Shown here piece after piece: positions 1-10,209 of a stretch of 40,923 nt of DNA. Under the pieces are notes generated by a model that worked only from the letters and a program-made list of their open reading frames with translations, did not search any database and was not told where the DNA came from. This stretch comes from a virus. Its lineage: Duplodnaviria > Caudoviricetes. The DNA lies in IMG/VR virus record IMGVR_UViG_3300033067_000422, positions 1 through 40,923 of that record, one strand, 5' to 3'. Positions within the stretch are counted from its first letter, which is position 1; the number at the start of each line of letters is the position of its first letter. The position numbers and the translations under genes are program-made.

Positions 1-2028
1 CCCGCCAGTACGGATGCTAACTTCATTTTTAAAGCGGTTCCAGTCGCGTATAAATTGCGCTTGCTCTGCCGGGGAGCCACTTGCGGCCACAGCCAGTAGT
101 TCTTCGTGGTACTCGTTACTGCGACGAATACCCTCACGCCAGTTACGTACGATATTGGTATTTGCGGGACCGAGGCGGTTTTTAGACGGTACTGAACCAA
201 GCAAGAACTGTACGTCCTTGTCGGAAGTCGAACCCTTTAAAAGCGACGCGCCGGAGGCAGTCAGCTTGTTGGAGATAACTTCCAGTTCTTGCATAGTAGA
301 ATTGTTAGGCGTTATGACGCCGGGCGCATAGTTGTTGAGGAAACCACCAGTGCCGTACTTATGATTAAGCCCCTCGAAGTTGTCGAGTAGTTGCTCAACT
401 TCGGAGTTTTGCTCAATCTTAGCGGACACACCTCGACCGAATGGCGTTTGAAGTATCAAGTCACGCTTATGCAGTGCTGCTTCTTCCTTAGTAGCAGCGT
501 TAGCGTCAATCTGCATTTGCGCGCGCTTTAGTTCCGCGCTATTATTGAGATTGGCCAGCCCGTATGAAGTCTCACGGTCGAAGCCAGCGCGCTTCATTTC
601 ATGCAGGAAGCGCTTGTCTTCCTTTCGCATATCGTACCCAAAGTTTTGCTCGTTCAGGCTACGGCTCTGCTGGTACTGCTGCTGATTGCTATTGTACGTA
701 TTACGCGCGTTAAGGGCACTTTCAGTACGCGCAGACCTATCGGCGGCAAACATGCCCATTTCGGCATCGTAGCCCTTTTCGGCCAAACGCTGTTTACGCT
801 CGGTAGCGCTTTCGTTGAACTGGTCTTGCTGCCCAAGTCCCTTATCCAGCATAGTCTGCGCAGCCGCTGCTTCGTACTTGTTGCCGCGAAGCAGCATACG
901 ATACGCCTGCTGTAGGCGCTCCGACTGCGTAGCCGCTTCCGCTGTAGGCAGAGTAGGCTTTTCGAGCGGCGCGGGTACTTCAGGAAGTACAGGAGGCTGA
1001 CCACCGTAAATATCAGAGGCGGAATTAGCAGGCGCTTCCTGCGCAGCTTGATCTTGCGGCTGACCGGGTTCAGCCCTGTTCATCTTTAAAGAAGTTGGAT
1101 CAATACGCTTTCCGCTTGCGTCGCGTACAGTAAAGTGCAGGTGCGGCCCGGTGGCTCGCCCTGTCTGCCCCACTGCACCGATGACTTGGCCAGCTTGTAC
1201 AGGATCGCCCTGCTTAACGCCTATTTCGGACAAATGCGCGTAGCCGGTTTTAGTACCGTCTTCATGGCGAACAATGATCGAGTTACCACCACCGTGGGCT
1301 TTGTCGAACCACGCCTGTACAACTACGCCGTTACCTGCTGCTTGTACAGGAGTACCAAGCGGCGCAGCCATATCGACACCGTTATGGAAAGTAGAAGCGC
1401 CCGCGATAGGCGCAGTACGCGGCCCGTACTTGCTAGTAACGTGGCCGCGCCCTGATAAAGGGTCGGTGAAAGGAGCTACCCCCTGTGGCCTAGGAGCCGC
1501 CATAGAGCGCGCTACAGGGGAGGGAGCCACCATCGACGGGGCAACCGTAGGCTGGAAGGCCGTAGGGGGCGCTACGGGGGCCGCTGGGGGCTGCTGGGGG
1601 CTTATGCCGGGGAGCGGCGGCGCAGCGCTGCCCATGGGGGCAGGGCGGAGCGCAGCCGAGTTGACCTGAATATCGCCGCCGTCACCGCCACCGGACAGCG
1701 CGCCAGCTATGCGTTGTGCCACATCCTGCGGTACATCAGCCTTGCGCGCCTCTAGTAGTCCTGCCTCGTCACGGTCGTACTTGCGCCGCTGCGCTTTGTC
1801 GATGAAGCCACCGGCAATACCAGACAACGCGCGGGCAATGCCGTCAGCTACGCCCCAACCGCCACCGGCAACGGGAGCGGTACTCGTATCCATAAGGGAC
1901 AGAGCAATCTTAGTACGAGGGTCGTTCTGGTATGCCTGCGCAATTTCGGGCACACCCGGCGCGGTCCCGTTAGGGTTATACGGCGGTGTGCTGTAGGGGG
2001 GCGGCTGTCTGAAGTCTCGAAGGGCCAT
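1..2028 (-). CDS. Internal virion/ejection protein with central M23 metallopeptidase domain (5' part; continues across the window junction, about 695 aa total)
   Basis: Absent from the ORF track. ATG at 2028 overlaps the upstream stop (TAATG); 676 codons to base 1. Hand translation of ~1100-1450 gives TSKYGPR...FHNGVDMAAPLGTPVQAAGNG...GGGNSIIVRH...YAHL...VGQTGRATGPHLHF (HxxxD and HxH M23 motifs). I checked the frame at both ends and in the M23 part, not at every codon. Confidence 0.85.
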   Translation of the reverse strand, partial: MALRDFRQPPPYSTPPYNPNGTAPGVPEIAQAYQNDPRTKIALSLMDTSTAPVAGGGWGVADGIARALSGIAGGFIDKAQRRKYDRDEAGLLEARKADVPQDVAQRIAGALSGGGDGGDIQVNSAALRPAPMGSAAPPLPGISPQQPPAAPVAPPTAFQPTVAPSMVAPSPVARSMAAPRPQGVAPFTDPLSGRGHVTSKYGPRTAPIAGASTFHNGVDMAAPLGTPVQAAGNGVVVQAWFDKAHGGGNSIIVRHEDGTKTGYAHLSEIGVKQGDPVQAGQVIGAVGQTGRATGPHLHFTVRDASGKRIDPTSLKMNRAEPGQPQDQAAQEAPANSASDIYGGQPPVLPEVPAPLEKPTLPTAEAATQSERLQQAYRMLLRGNKYEAAAAQTMLDKGLGQQDQFNESATERKQRLAEKGYDAEMGMFAADRSARTESALNARNTYNSNQQQYQQSRSLNEQNFGYDMRKEDKRFLHEMKRAGFDRETSYGLANLNNSAELKRAQMQIDANAATKEEAALHKRDLILQTPFGRGVSAKIEQNSEVEQLLDNFEGLNHKYGTGGFLNNYAPGVITPNNSTMQELEVISNKLTASGASLLKGSTSDKDVQFLLGSVPSKNRLGPANTNIVRNWREGIRRSNEYHEELLAVAASGSPAEQAQFIRDWNRFKNEVSIRTGG

Positions 2029-3515
2029 TAGTTGTAGACCTCCCTGTAGTCAACGTGCATGATACCGTTCCTCATTGCAACAGCGTGCGGACGTACTTTA
2101 AAGACTTCCTGCGCCATCACGCCAAACTGGGGAGCGCTAGAGCCTTTGTACTTAAACGAGTACGTGTTAATGCCATTAGGCATTGTACCAACGTACTTAA
2201 TTTCATGCTTCACGTTAATATCGGAAGCGGCTATAGCGCCGCCAATTTTACCGACTGCGCCAAATATCCCGCCAAGGCCCGCTGCCTTATTGGCTTGCTG
2301 CGTTTTGTATATGTCCGCTTGCTGGTTGTAGTTGTTTGTGACTAGACCCGCATAGTCTGGTGCAGCCACGCCTACTTGAGCTACAGGCTGGAACGTCGGA
2401 TTAGTGATTGAACCACTAGTACCTAGCAGATTTGCAATTTCCGTAACAGGTACTTCACGTTGCGCCAACGTCTCCGATACACCTTGCTGGTGCGCTTGGC
2501 CGGCCAGTGAAGCATTTGCGGCTTCCTGATTAAATGCCTGCGCTTGCGCAGTATTGTGAAGTGCAGCGTCAGAAGCCGCCTGATCGTGTTCTAGTGCTGC
2601 GGCCTCGTTAGCAAGTCTAGCAGCGTCTAGGGCCTGCTGCGTCTGCTGGTTTTGTGCCTCATTGTTCAATCTAGTAGTAGTAGCCGCATTGCCGAATATC
2701 TGCGCCTGCGCGGCATTACGGAACTGGCCCCGGTCGTTCGTCTCATTAACAATAGTATCACGCGCTGTCTTTGACAGACCAAATAGACGGGACTGCTCCG
2801 CCGCGCCTTGTGCCACGGAGTCCCGTGTTGCAGAGCCGTACGCATCCGTCTTCGCGCGGCTAAAATTATCCCACTCACGACGCCACGCGTCGGAGTTTTC
2901 TGTAATACCTTGCGCGGCCAAGCGGGCACGCATATCGGACTCTTGCTGTCCGTACTGGGGATCGAGACGAGAAGCGTACTGCTTGTACACCGAGTCTGCG
3001 TACTTCTGCGCGTCACCGCCAAAATCGTCGTACGCTGCTAGTTTAGGTGCGCCGCTGTAGTTCAAATCCGTCTGGATCGCGCTGCCTTCTTTACCCGTCA
3101 TGCGCCCGATAGCGCCGCCGTTTTCGTAGCTACTTACGATATTTGGGTTGACGCCAGTACCATATTTCAGACCGGGGAGATTATCGCCAATGTGCGTAAC
3201 CATTGGCGTAGTACCGCTAAAGTCAAGCGGTTTTGATATCGCCTCACTAGCATTACCAACTGCTGTGCCAGCAAGCGTTTTGATACCGCTGTCAATAGCG
3301 GCAAGCTTAGGGTCAAGTGTAGTAGTTTGCTGATACTGAGGAGTACCATCAGGATTAGTGCCAATCTGCGAATACGATACAGAGCCATTTGGCCCAACTT
3401 GATTGATACGATCAAGCTCGGCTTGGGTGATAGCTGCCGTTCTGTTTATATTTGCCTGCGCGTTCGCCGTTGCTACGGGATCGGGTGGCGTTGGTTGCGT
3501 ACCGCCTTTGCTCAT
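2028..3515 (-). CDS. Internal virion/DNA-transfer (pilot) protein with C-terminal peptidase S74-like chaperone domain
   Basis: Ala/Gln/Asn-rich helical body. C-terminus SDINVK...YSFKYKG...GVMAQEV...VDY is typical of the S74 intramolecular-chaperone fold. Lies directly after the GNAT-like gene. Confidence 0.7.
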   Translation of the reverse strand: MSKGGTQPTPPDPVATANAQANINRTAAITQAELDRINQVGPNGSVSYSQIGTNPDGTPQYQQTTTLDPKLAAIDSGIKTLAGTAVGNASEAISKPLDFSGTTPMVTHIGDNLPGLKYGTGVNPNIVSSYENGGAIGRMTGKEGSAIQTDLNYSGAPKLAAYDDFGGDAQKYADSVYKQYASRLDPQYGQQESDMRARLAAQGITENSDAWRREWDNFSRAKTDAYGSATRDSVAQGAAEQSRLFGLSKTARDTIVNETNDRGQFRNAAQAQIFGNAATTTRLNNEAQNQQTQQALDAARLANEAAALEHDQAASDAALHNTAQAQAFNQEAANASLAGQAHQQGVSETLAQREVPVTEIANLLGTSGSITNPTFQPVAQVGVAAPDYAGLVTNNYNQQADIYKTQQANKAAGLGGIFGAVGKIGGAIAASDINVKHEIKYVGTMPNGINTYSFKYKGSSAPQFGVMAQEVFKVRPHAVAMRNGIMHVDYREVYN

Positions 3516-3530
3516 TCTGTCCCCACTATC

Positions 3531-3953
3531 CTAATCAGCGAGAAAACGGCAGTCTTGAGCCAAAAGGCCGTAAACAAGCGCGTCGATTTCGCCATCATAT
3601 CCCCGCCTAATTCGGCCTTCAAGCTCAAATCCGGCATGCTCCAAAAATTTACGCGCTTTAGAGTTACGCTTACTTGTGAAGCATGTAACCCTTATACAAT
3701 CGAGTTGCACAAATATGTAGTGAGCTAGCGCAGCCATTACGTGCGGTCGCCATGCAACGGGTGTTTCAGATACTACCGTCATTTCCACGTTGCGCATACG
3801 GAAATTGTTAAACAGCAATCCCGCAACTATATCGAGCTTTTCGTCCACTACCATCATAGCAGAGTACGTACCGGGCTGGAATTGTGCCCCTATAGCGTCG
3901 CCTACGTACTGACCAACCGCTTCGGTTAACTTTCCCGCTGGTCGGAGTATCAT
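3531..3953 (-). CDS. GNAT-fold acetyltransferase-like virion assembly protein
   Basis: NSKARKFLEHAGFELEGRIRRGY...VYGLL is a RimJ/GNAT-like motif; usual position after the tail nozzle gene in podoviruses. Start moved to the ATGA overlap at 3953. Confidence 0.7.
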   Translation of the reverse strand: MILRPAGKLTEAVGQYVGDAIGAQFQPGTYSAMMVVDEKLDIVAGLLFNNFRMRNVEMTVVSETPVAWRPHVMAALAHYIFVQLDCIRVTCFTSKRNSKARKFLEHAGFELEGRIRRGYDGEIDALVYGLLAQDCRFLAD

Positions 3954-5518
3954 GTTAGTACAAGCCCAGTAGTTTTTTCCATTACAAGGCGGGTTGCGTA
4001 CCACTTAAGGGACGAATTAAAAGTAGACGCGCGAAACCATATCGAAGCCGTATAGCCTAGTTTACCGTACGGGATACTTAGGTTTTGTGTAGCGCCTACA
4101 CCCGCCCAACTTGTGATATCCCAATCGGATACATCCCACTGCGCACCGTCAGTATCGAGCGGTATAGGCGATAACGTAGGTAGTTCGTCTTTAAAGTTGA
4201 CATTTAGCGCGGAAGCAATTGCGGGTTTGCCGTCTGCTTGTACTACAAAGATAGCAAAGTGGAAGTGCTTGTCCGCACTGCCCATGCCCTTGCTGTCATC
4301 AAAGGAGTTGTATGCTTGACGAGCATCGCATACAATCTCTTCGCCGTTATCCCGGTCGCCTTCATCAGCCAGTACTACGTTTCCACCTACAGTACCAAAG
4401 TAGAGACGCCTGCCTATAATGGCAAAAGTAAGTGCGTTCCAGCCAGTGAAGCGACACCAATTCCCTGTATCGGTATTCATGGCAAACTGTACGTAGTCAT
4501 TGGCTTCGGAAGAGCCAGTAGCCACATTCACTACTAGCAAATTGACCCTTGGATAAGGTACGGCGCACCAACCATGCGTTGCGTAGTTTGTAGTATAGTC
4601 TGTAAAAGCGGTGCCTAGCTTTGAGGATATGTACTCAATATCCTTTCCGGCATCCCCACTGCTGCGTATCTCTGAAAAGGATAGTATGCCTTCATCGCAA
4701 ATGATATACAGATCAGATCGAAAGTTAAACCATCCCTTACGCCCTATAGGTGGCGGAGAATAGTACCGACCCGCTAATGCCCATGTTGCAGCATTGGCCG
4801 GGTCAATGCCCGTGTATACTATATACTCTCCTTCGGAAGTCATAAACACAATGTAGTCGGAGGGGCCGTTGCCCGCGTCTTGCGAAAAGCTGGCTATACC
4901 GAGTAGATATCCGCCCCGACGGCAAACTTGCGATAGATCAAAATATGTTGCCGCGCCTTGTATGGCCCCCACTGCTAAGTAGTAGAAGCCAAGCTGATCC
5001 TTTTGCGCCAGATACAAACGGCCTTTAAAGGCATGTACACCGTGCAGTGTGTTAGCTAGCCCCGTCAACCCTGTTATTGTAAGATTTGCAAAAGTAGTAC
5101 CGTCGTATGAAAACAGTACGTCAGCACCGCTAGCGCCGATTAGGTACTGCGCGCCCGCATTTGAAAACATGCAAGACGTTATTTTAGCCGAATTACGCCC
5201 GGTTGCCACCGTTGCGCCAGCCACACCCGTAAGAGTAGCGTCGTACACGTTAGCCCCGGCAAAGGCCAATAACTTGCTTGCGGACCCCCCTGCATACACT
5301 TCTAAGCTCTCAACCGCTGCGCCGCAGCCAGTAAAAAAGTTTAGCGAACCGCCCCGACTATCCAACGAAGTGTTACTTGGTACCCAATTATCTAGTAGAA
5401 ACGCATCCGTAGGCGGCATATTAGCCAAACCATCGCGCCCATTTAAACCACCTACAGGCGCAGGTAGCGTTACAGGTATAGCTTTCCTAGCACGATTGGT
5501 TTTAAGAAGCTGCATCAA
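3950..5518 (-). CDS. Tail nozzle / packaged-DNA stabilisation protein (tail tubular B-like)
   Basis: 522 aa, beta-rich, N-terminal LPAPVGGLNGRD...LDNW motif; follows the adaptor gene. Confidence 0.7.
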   Translation of the reverse strand: MMQLLKTNRARKAIPVTLPAPVGGLNGRDGLANMPPTDAFLLDNWVPSNTSLDSRGGSLNFFTGCGAAVESLEVYAGGSASKLLAFAGANVYDATLTGVAGATVATGRNSAKITSCMFSNAGAQYLIGASGADVLFSYDGTTFANLTITGLTGLANTLHGVHAFKGRLYLAQKDQLGFYYLAVGAIQGAATYFDLSQVCRRGGYLLGIASFSQDAGNGPSDYIVFMTSEGEYIVYTGIDPANAATWALAGRYYSPPPIGRKGWFNFRSDLYIICDEGILSFSEIRSSGDAGKDIEYISSKLGTAFTDYTTNYATHGWCAVPYPRVNLLVVNVATGSSEANDYVQFAMNTDTGNWCRFTGWNALTFAIIGRRLYFGTVGGNVVLADEGDRDNGEEIVCDARQAYNSFDDSKGMGSADKHFHFAIFVVQADGKPAIASALNVNFKDELPTLSPIPLDTDGAQWDVSDWDITSWAGVGATQNLSIPYGKLGYTASIWFRASTFNSSLKWYATRLVMEKTTGLVLT

Positions 5519-6207
5519 CCGTACCCGTTATCTGGTATTGTAGGATCAACTAGATCGGAGCCACCGCGAAGCGCGATAGGGAGGGTGCCAAGCGCAAGAG
5601 CGTCCGCAAACATATCCTTTACAGCGATTTGGTACTTATTATAGTCTTCGCTGTAGTCTAGTCCGTTGGCGTGCTTCAAACGCCACTTAATGCCCATGCG
5701 AAGCAAACGCTCAGGCAATATACACGTATCCGTGTCAGCGGTGAAAATCTCACCTGTACTGGCGTCGATATGCACTACTGGCTTAGAAGTTATGTATTCG
5801 TACGGGATGGTTGTCACCACATCTGGCGTTGGCTTAACAACTAGGCGAAGCGGGTTCTTGAACAGACGAAAAGAATGGCCTGACCTATATCGCGTCTCGT
5901 TAGGATTGGCTCCATCGCCACTAGTAGTGGCTCCGCGTAGGGTGTCGTTGTCGGATGTGTACCAGACAGATCGGGGCACAATACGAAGCATATCGGCGGG
6001 GAGCGCGTAGTCGGGTGTCCCGTTTATTGTATCTATACTGGCCGGTACTTTTAGTATAGGCCAGTCTTTTTCGCACAACTCTTCAAGCGTAGCGTTAGCA
6101 TGCTCCAGTAGCTGCCTAGGCATTACATCGCTGCTAGATGCCACGGTAACTACAGGGTCTAGCCCGATACCGTTGACAACCCGTTGGCAAATACTTAGCA
6201 GCGACAT
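5515..6207 (-). CDS. Head-tail adaptor (tail tubular A-like)
   Basis: 230 aa, MSLLSIC start, YALPAD and GLDYSEDY motifs; synteny with capsid and nozzle genes. Confidence 0.65.
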   Translation of the reverse strand: MSLLSICQRVVNGIGLDPVVTVASSSDVMPRQLLEHANATLEELCEKDWPILKVPASIDTINGTPDYALPADMLRIVPRSVWYTSDNDTLRGATTSGDGANPNETRYRSGHSFRLFKNPLRLVVKPTPDVVTTIPYEYITSKPVVHIDASTGEIFTADTDTCILPERLLRMGIKWRLKHANGLDYSEDYNKYQIAVKDMFADALALGTLPIALRGGSDLVDPTIPDNGYG

Positions 6208-6219
6208 AGGTTACTCCTA

Positions 6220-6990
6220 TTATATAATGGGTTCGGCGGTTTTCTTTGCCGGGGTAGACTTTGTGGCTGTAGCCGCCGGTACTAGAGCTTCTGCCTCTAC
6301 AGAGGTATCTCTGACAGGGGAAGGGGCACCCGTTGCAGCCGTCAAGTCGATATTGTCAAGTGTCGGAGCAAAGGTGGAGGCCGGTTTAGTGCTATTTTTA
6401 CCAGCCTCCATACTATCGAGACGAGCTACCAGATCGGCAATAAGCGCCTTGTCGGCGGCGGCATCTTCGCGTACCCGCTCAAGCTCGGCAGCAAGACCAG
6501 TAGCGTATGAAGCGTTAGACGCAGCTTCGATAAAAGCCTTTGCTTTAGTACGCCATGTACGGCCATCAGGGCCAACCAAGCCAAGGGCAGTATCGGGGAT
6601 ATTGGCCAGTGCTTCGACCGTAAAAATCTGGTTCGCACGCAGCGCCGCCGCCATCGAACGGGTGATTTCCGGCCATTCCTTTAAAGGTGTGCCAGTAAGC
6701 GAAGAGGCGACTTTTTCGGAGGACTCGAAATCTTCAACGAACTTTTTGTACTGCGCATAGTGTGAGCCGTACCTTGGTTCGGGGATACCAGCCTCCGCGC
6801 AAAAAGTGCGCTTGACCTCAAATACGGGGATTGAACTGTGCGAACCGGGGGAGATTACTTCGACGAGGATAACTTCATCAAATACTGCTCGACCTACGCG
6901 TTCGGAGTGAAACTTGTTCTGCATTGTATCGTAGTAGATACGAAGGGCAGAGCCGTCGTCGGACTTATACTGCGGATCGTTCTCGGACAT
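6220..6990 (-). CDS. Conserved phage hypothetical protein (morphogenesis module)
   Basis: 256 aa, GTPLKEWP...IFTVEALANIPD (HhH-like), C-terminal coiled coil; AAAGG RBS. Confidence 0.7.
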   Translation of the reverse strand: MSENDPQYKSDDGSALRIYYDTMQNKFHSERVGRAVFDEVILVEVISPGSHSSIPVFEVKRTFCAEAGIPEPRYGSHYAQYKKFVEDFESSEKVASSLTGTPLKEWPEITRSMAAALRANQIFTVEALANIPDTALGLVGPDGRTWRTKAKAFIEAASNASYATGLAAELERVREDAAADKALIADLVARLDSMEAGKNSTKPASTFAPTLDNIDLTAATGAPSPVRDTSVEAEALVPAATATKSTPAKKTAEPII

Positions 6991-7012
6991 TGCTTTGCCT
7001 TTCGTTAAAGAG

Positions 7013-7047
7013 AGCGGGTTAGCTACAGTTTATGTCGCTAACCCGCT
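7013..7047 (-). terminator. Probable intrinsic terminator/attenuator after the capsid genes
   Basis: Inverted repeat AGCGGGTTAGC (7013-7023) / GCTAACCCGCT (7037-7047), followed on the minus strand by CTCTTT. Confidence 0.6.
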
Positions 7048-7076
7048 ATAGTTTACCACGGGAGAGGTGTCGTGGA

Positions 7077-7589
7077 TTAGGTAATCTGACCCTGCTTGAA
7101 CGGACGGTTGATAGTCGCGTAAGCCTTGCCAGCCGAAGGAGTGCCGACCGCCGTACTAATACGAGCATTCAAGATTTGGTCGCCCGGATCGGCGGTATTG
7201 CCGACCGATCCGGCTGTTGCGGTAGCCATCATAACGCCAGCGACAGTACCGCCGACAGCGTTGACGATTGCCACGCCACTAATCTGTGCCCAGCCAAAAG
7301 TACCAGCCACGTTAGCGCCCATTGCAAAGCCGACCGGACGACCGGCATTGCTTGAAGTAGCATTGGAGCCACGTACAGTAGCCTGTGCGCCGGGGGCCAG
7401 ATCGTACTCTATCAAGTCGCCAGCAACAGTAGCCGCAACGCCGGGAAGATAAATAAATTCACCCTCCCCCTGTACATCGTCAAAAGCCTTGACAATAGTA
7501 CCCACAGGAACGCGAGCTACTGCATCAACTACGGAAGGCTGAAAATCGGGAACGCCAAGCTGCGAGTTCCCTGCGGTTTTAAAAGCCAT
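7077..7589 (-). CDS. Capsid decoration/cement protein (putative)
   Basis: 170 aa, Gly/Ala-rich, GEGEFIYL and FGWAQISG motifs; directly downstream of the major capsid gene. Confidence 0.6.
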   Translation of the reverse strand: MAFKTAGNSQLGVPDFQPSVVDAVARVPVGTIVKAFDDVQGEGEFIYLPGVAATVAGDLIEYDLAPGAQATVRGSNATSSNAGRPVGFAMGANVAGTFGWAQISGVAIVNAVGGTVAGVMMATATAGSVGNTADPGDQILNARISTAVGTPSAGKAYATINRPFKQGQIT

Positions 7590-7616
7590 GTGAGTATTCC
7601 TTTAAAGCGTTTCGTT

Positions 7617-7643
7617 AGTAGGGGGCGCGGATCGCCCCCTACT
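7617..7643 (-). other. Perfect 11-bp stem hairpin downstream of the major capsid gene
   Basis: AGTAGGGGGCG-cggat-CGCCCCCTACT. No U-tract on the sense strand, so it may be an mRNA stabiliser or processing site. Confidence 0.55.
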
Positions 7644-7652
7644 TGTACAGTA

Positions 7653-8627
7653 TTAGTCCTTGAGGACCGCCTGCATCATACCGCCCGAAAGCGTCATGTT
7701 GCCCGCCCAACCAAGCAACTGCACCATTGCATCTTGGTTAGTAGCAAAGCGCTGGCGCTCACCCAGCGCAACATAACGACGGCGCGGGTGATGGCGAAGG
7801 TACAGATAGTCCGTGTTGAGGAAGTACATATGGTTCGTCGGGCAACCGCCACCGATGCCGCCGTCGAACACAACGTCGGCGCTCTGGTACTTGAGGCTCT
7901 CAAAGCCCGCTTCGGCCATCTTCGATGACGTAAAGCGCTGCTGCGGCAGGAGAGACTCCCAATACAGACGGTAGTAGTTGTTATCCGCGAGGATAAGATC
8001 AGGCTTTTCTGAGCTACGGACGACGGAGAGCCAAGTACGGTTCATGTACGAAAGTACGTTAGCCGTAGTCATGGCGGCGCCAAAGTCAGTAGTAGCGTCA
8101 AACGCCTGATTGCGCCAGAATGACCAGTTTGCGCGGTTAATGTTGCCAACAGTACCGGTAGCAGGAGCGTCAGCTACAAGAAGCTGCAAACCGCCAATGG
8201 CCTTACCGGCAGCGGCTGTGCCGTCGCCATATACAGCCAGACCCATCTGGTTGCGCATGGAGCGTTCGGCATTTTCGATGCGCGAAGTAAGCAGGTCAAT
8301 AAACTGCTCTTCGCCGCTGTTCATCAGTTCTTCCAGACCGGAAATACTGATAGCAACAGCGCACTGCTTCCAGTTGAACTCCGCCGCCGAGAAAACTTCC
8401 TGCGGCGAAATATTGATCGGATCGTAACCATTGTACCAACCGAAAGTTGCGTTCTCCGCAAATTCCAGTTCCTGCACAATAGTACGACCGCCATCGGCGG
8501 ACTTTGCTTTGCCCTTGGCCTCGAAACGGTCGAGGCAAGCGTGCGACTTCGAGATATTATCCGCAAGGGCCTTCGAGCGGTTCTCGATAGTAGTAGTGAT
8601 GATTTCCGAAAGATTAGGTACGGCCAT
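7653..8627 (-). CDS. Major capsid protein
   Basis: 324 aa; ADNISKS, GGRTIVQEL, NSGEEQFIDLL, WRNQ and NQDAMVQ...GNMT motifs; C/G-ending codon bias; follows the scaffold gene. Confidence 0.88.
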   Translation of the reverse strand: MAVPNLSEIITTTIENRSKALADNISKSHACLDRFEAKGKAKSADGGRTIVQELEFAENATFGWYNGYDPINISPQEVFSAAEFNWKQCAVAISISGLEELMNSGEEQFIDLLTSRIENAERSMRNQMGLAVYGDGTAAAGKAIGGLQLLVADAPATGTVGNINRANWSFWRNQAFDATTDFGAAMTTANVLSYMNRTWLSVVRSSEKPDLILADNNYYRLYWESLLPQQRFTSSKMAEAGFESLKYQSADVVFDGGIGGGCPTNHMYFLNTDYLYLRHHPRRRYVALGERQRFATNQDAMVQLLGWAGNMTLSGGMMQAVLKD

Positions 8628-8641
8628 GATAAATTCCTATA

Positions 8642-9769
8642 TTAAGAGGCGGCTGCGATGGCTGCTCGTACAGTGTCGCGTACAGACTTATTGGTATCGC
8701 CGGTCTTGGTATTAGTATTTGCGGCAGGAACCCCCGGAGCTACACTAGCACCAGCGTTCCGCGCTCTAACAGCCTTTTCCTGACTTTCCTTAATACGGTT
8801 AGCGTCCTGCGCAGCGCTTTGGCTTGCGGTTAGCTGTGACCGAATTTCGGGAGTACCCCAGCACGCCATATCGTAAGCTTCTTGCATAAGCTCCCCGAAA
8901 CTAAGTGCTGGTTTAGTAGCCCGTACAACTTCTATATACGGCAGAATACGGTCCCCCAAAGCGTCCATGTGCGGACGCAATAAAGTACCGTCAGAAGATA
9001 CCTGCTTGGCAAAACTAATGACGCCATTAACAAGGGCGTTATGATTGGCCTGTTGCTGCGCAGTACTAAATCCTTCAAGCTGCCCTTTTACTGTGGACAG
9101 TTCATCTTGAAGTGCTTTGTACTGTGGGTCAACAGGTTCGTCATCCCATACCAATGCTTCTAGGTCAATTTGGTTTTGACTTGCGAAGTACTTCACGAAC
9201 TCCTGCGGATCACGCGTTGCGAACTCCGACAGGGCAAGTAGCTGATTTAAAGCTTGCGCTTCCGTCATACCATTCAGCGCCCACGCCTCACGACGCGGAG
9301 CCAAAAGGCTATCTACTTGCTCTAGGCCCCTCGTACGGGCCTCACGCTCCGCCAAACTATCGAACGTACGTGCAACGCTAGTTTGCATTTCCGGTGGTAG
9401 TTTGGCAAATACTTCTTGCTCCTGCGGCGAAAGAAACGGCGGAGCGGAAATTACTTGTGCAGACGCTGCTGGTACTTCTGCACCCTTTGGTGCGAAAGTA
9501 CCGTCGGGATTTCGACGCACGCCGTCTATTTGCGCAACGTCGGGGGTATCGGTTTCGCCCTTTAAAGCGCTTGAAATAGTATCGCGGAGATTTTTGGCCT
9601 TTACAGGCGGCTCCTGCGTGTCGGTTTGTACTTCTGACTCGACTTCACCGCGCTTCACAGGAAGCTTGTTAGTCTCAATATCAGTGAGATTGGCGGGTAC
9701 GGTATCTTCGCCAGCCGCGTTAACGTCTAGCGTACCGTCTTCAATATCACTCATATCAAATTCAGCCAT
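8642..9769 (-). CDS. Capsid scaffolding protein (putative)
   Basis: Acidic N-terminus, RNPDGTFAPK motif, helical core, C-terminal SVRDTVRAAI; immediately upstream of the capsid gene; GAGGGG RBS before ATG 9769. Confidence 0.7.
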   Translation of the reverse strand: MAEFDMSDIEDGTLDVNAAGEDTVPANLTDIETNKLPVKRGEVESEVQTDTQEPPVKAKNLRDTISSALKGETDTPDVAQIDGVRRNPDGTFAPKGAEVPAASAQVISAPPFLSPQEQEVFAKLPPEMQTSVARTFDSLAEREARTRGLEQVDSLLAPRREAWALNGMTEAQALNQLLALSEFATRDPQEFVKYFASQNQIDLEALVWDDEPVDPQYKALQDELSTVKGQLEGFSTAQQQANHNALVNGVISFAKQVSSDGTLLRPHMDALGDRILPYIEVVRATKPALSFGELMQEAYDMACWGTPEIRSQLTASQSAAQDANRIKESQEKAVRARNAGASVAPGVPAANTNTKTGDTNKSVRDTVRAAIAAAS

Positions 9770-9773
9770 GGTA

Positions 9774-10163
9774 CTAGCCCCTCGCTCTAAGTTGCTCAAT
9801 GGCACGCTTTACGTCGTGTCCAGTGATATGGTTTGTAGGTTCCGGCCTAGGTGAACGCAAGCGCTCATTGCCTATTTCTACTAAATCGTGGCGGCGCATA
9901 TGGTCACGATGTACGGAACGGCTACCGATATGGCTTCCGTCTACTACAGAAACGTATTCGCCAATATCGCGCACAATATAAGCAGTACTTTCGGGATAGC
10001 CCGACCAATCGCCGCCAAAGTCGGGATGAACGTAGTTGCGGCGGTCAGAGCCGACATAGGTGTAGAGCTTGGGGATCGACCGGGAGTGCCCACGCACGGA
10101 GACGTACGTTTTGCGGCCCGTGTGGCCTGCTGGGAACTCGTAGAGGTCAAAGTCGGTCGTCAT
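9774..10163 (-). CDS. Conserved small phage protein between portal and scaffold
   Basis: 129 aa; DIGEYVSVVDGSHIGSRSVHRDHMRRHDLVEIGNE motif; AAGG RBS. Confidence 0.7.
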   Translation of the reverse strand: MTTDFDLYEFPAGHTGRKTYVSVRGHSRSIPKLYTYVGSDRRNYVHPDFGGDWSGYPESTAYIVRDIGEYVSVVDGSHIGSRSVHRDHMRRHDLVEIGNERLRSPRPEPTNHITGHDVKRAIEQLRARG

Positions 10164-10209
10164 GGTGCCTTACCCTTGGTAGCCCTTTAAATCGGCTCTC
10201 CAACGCTCG

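Noticed and set aside
1470-1670. G-rich low-complexity stretch resembling a repeat element
   Set aside because: It is explained by the Pro/Ala-rich linker codons of the minus-strand ejection protein.
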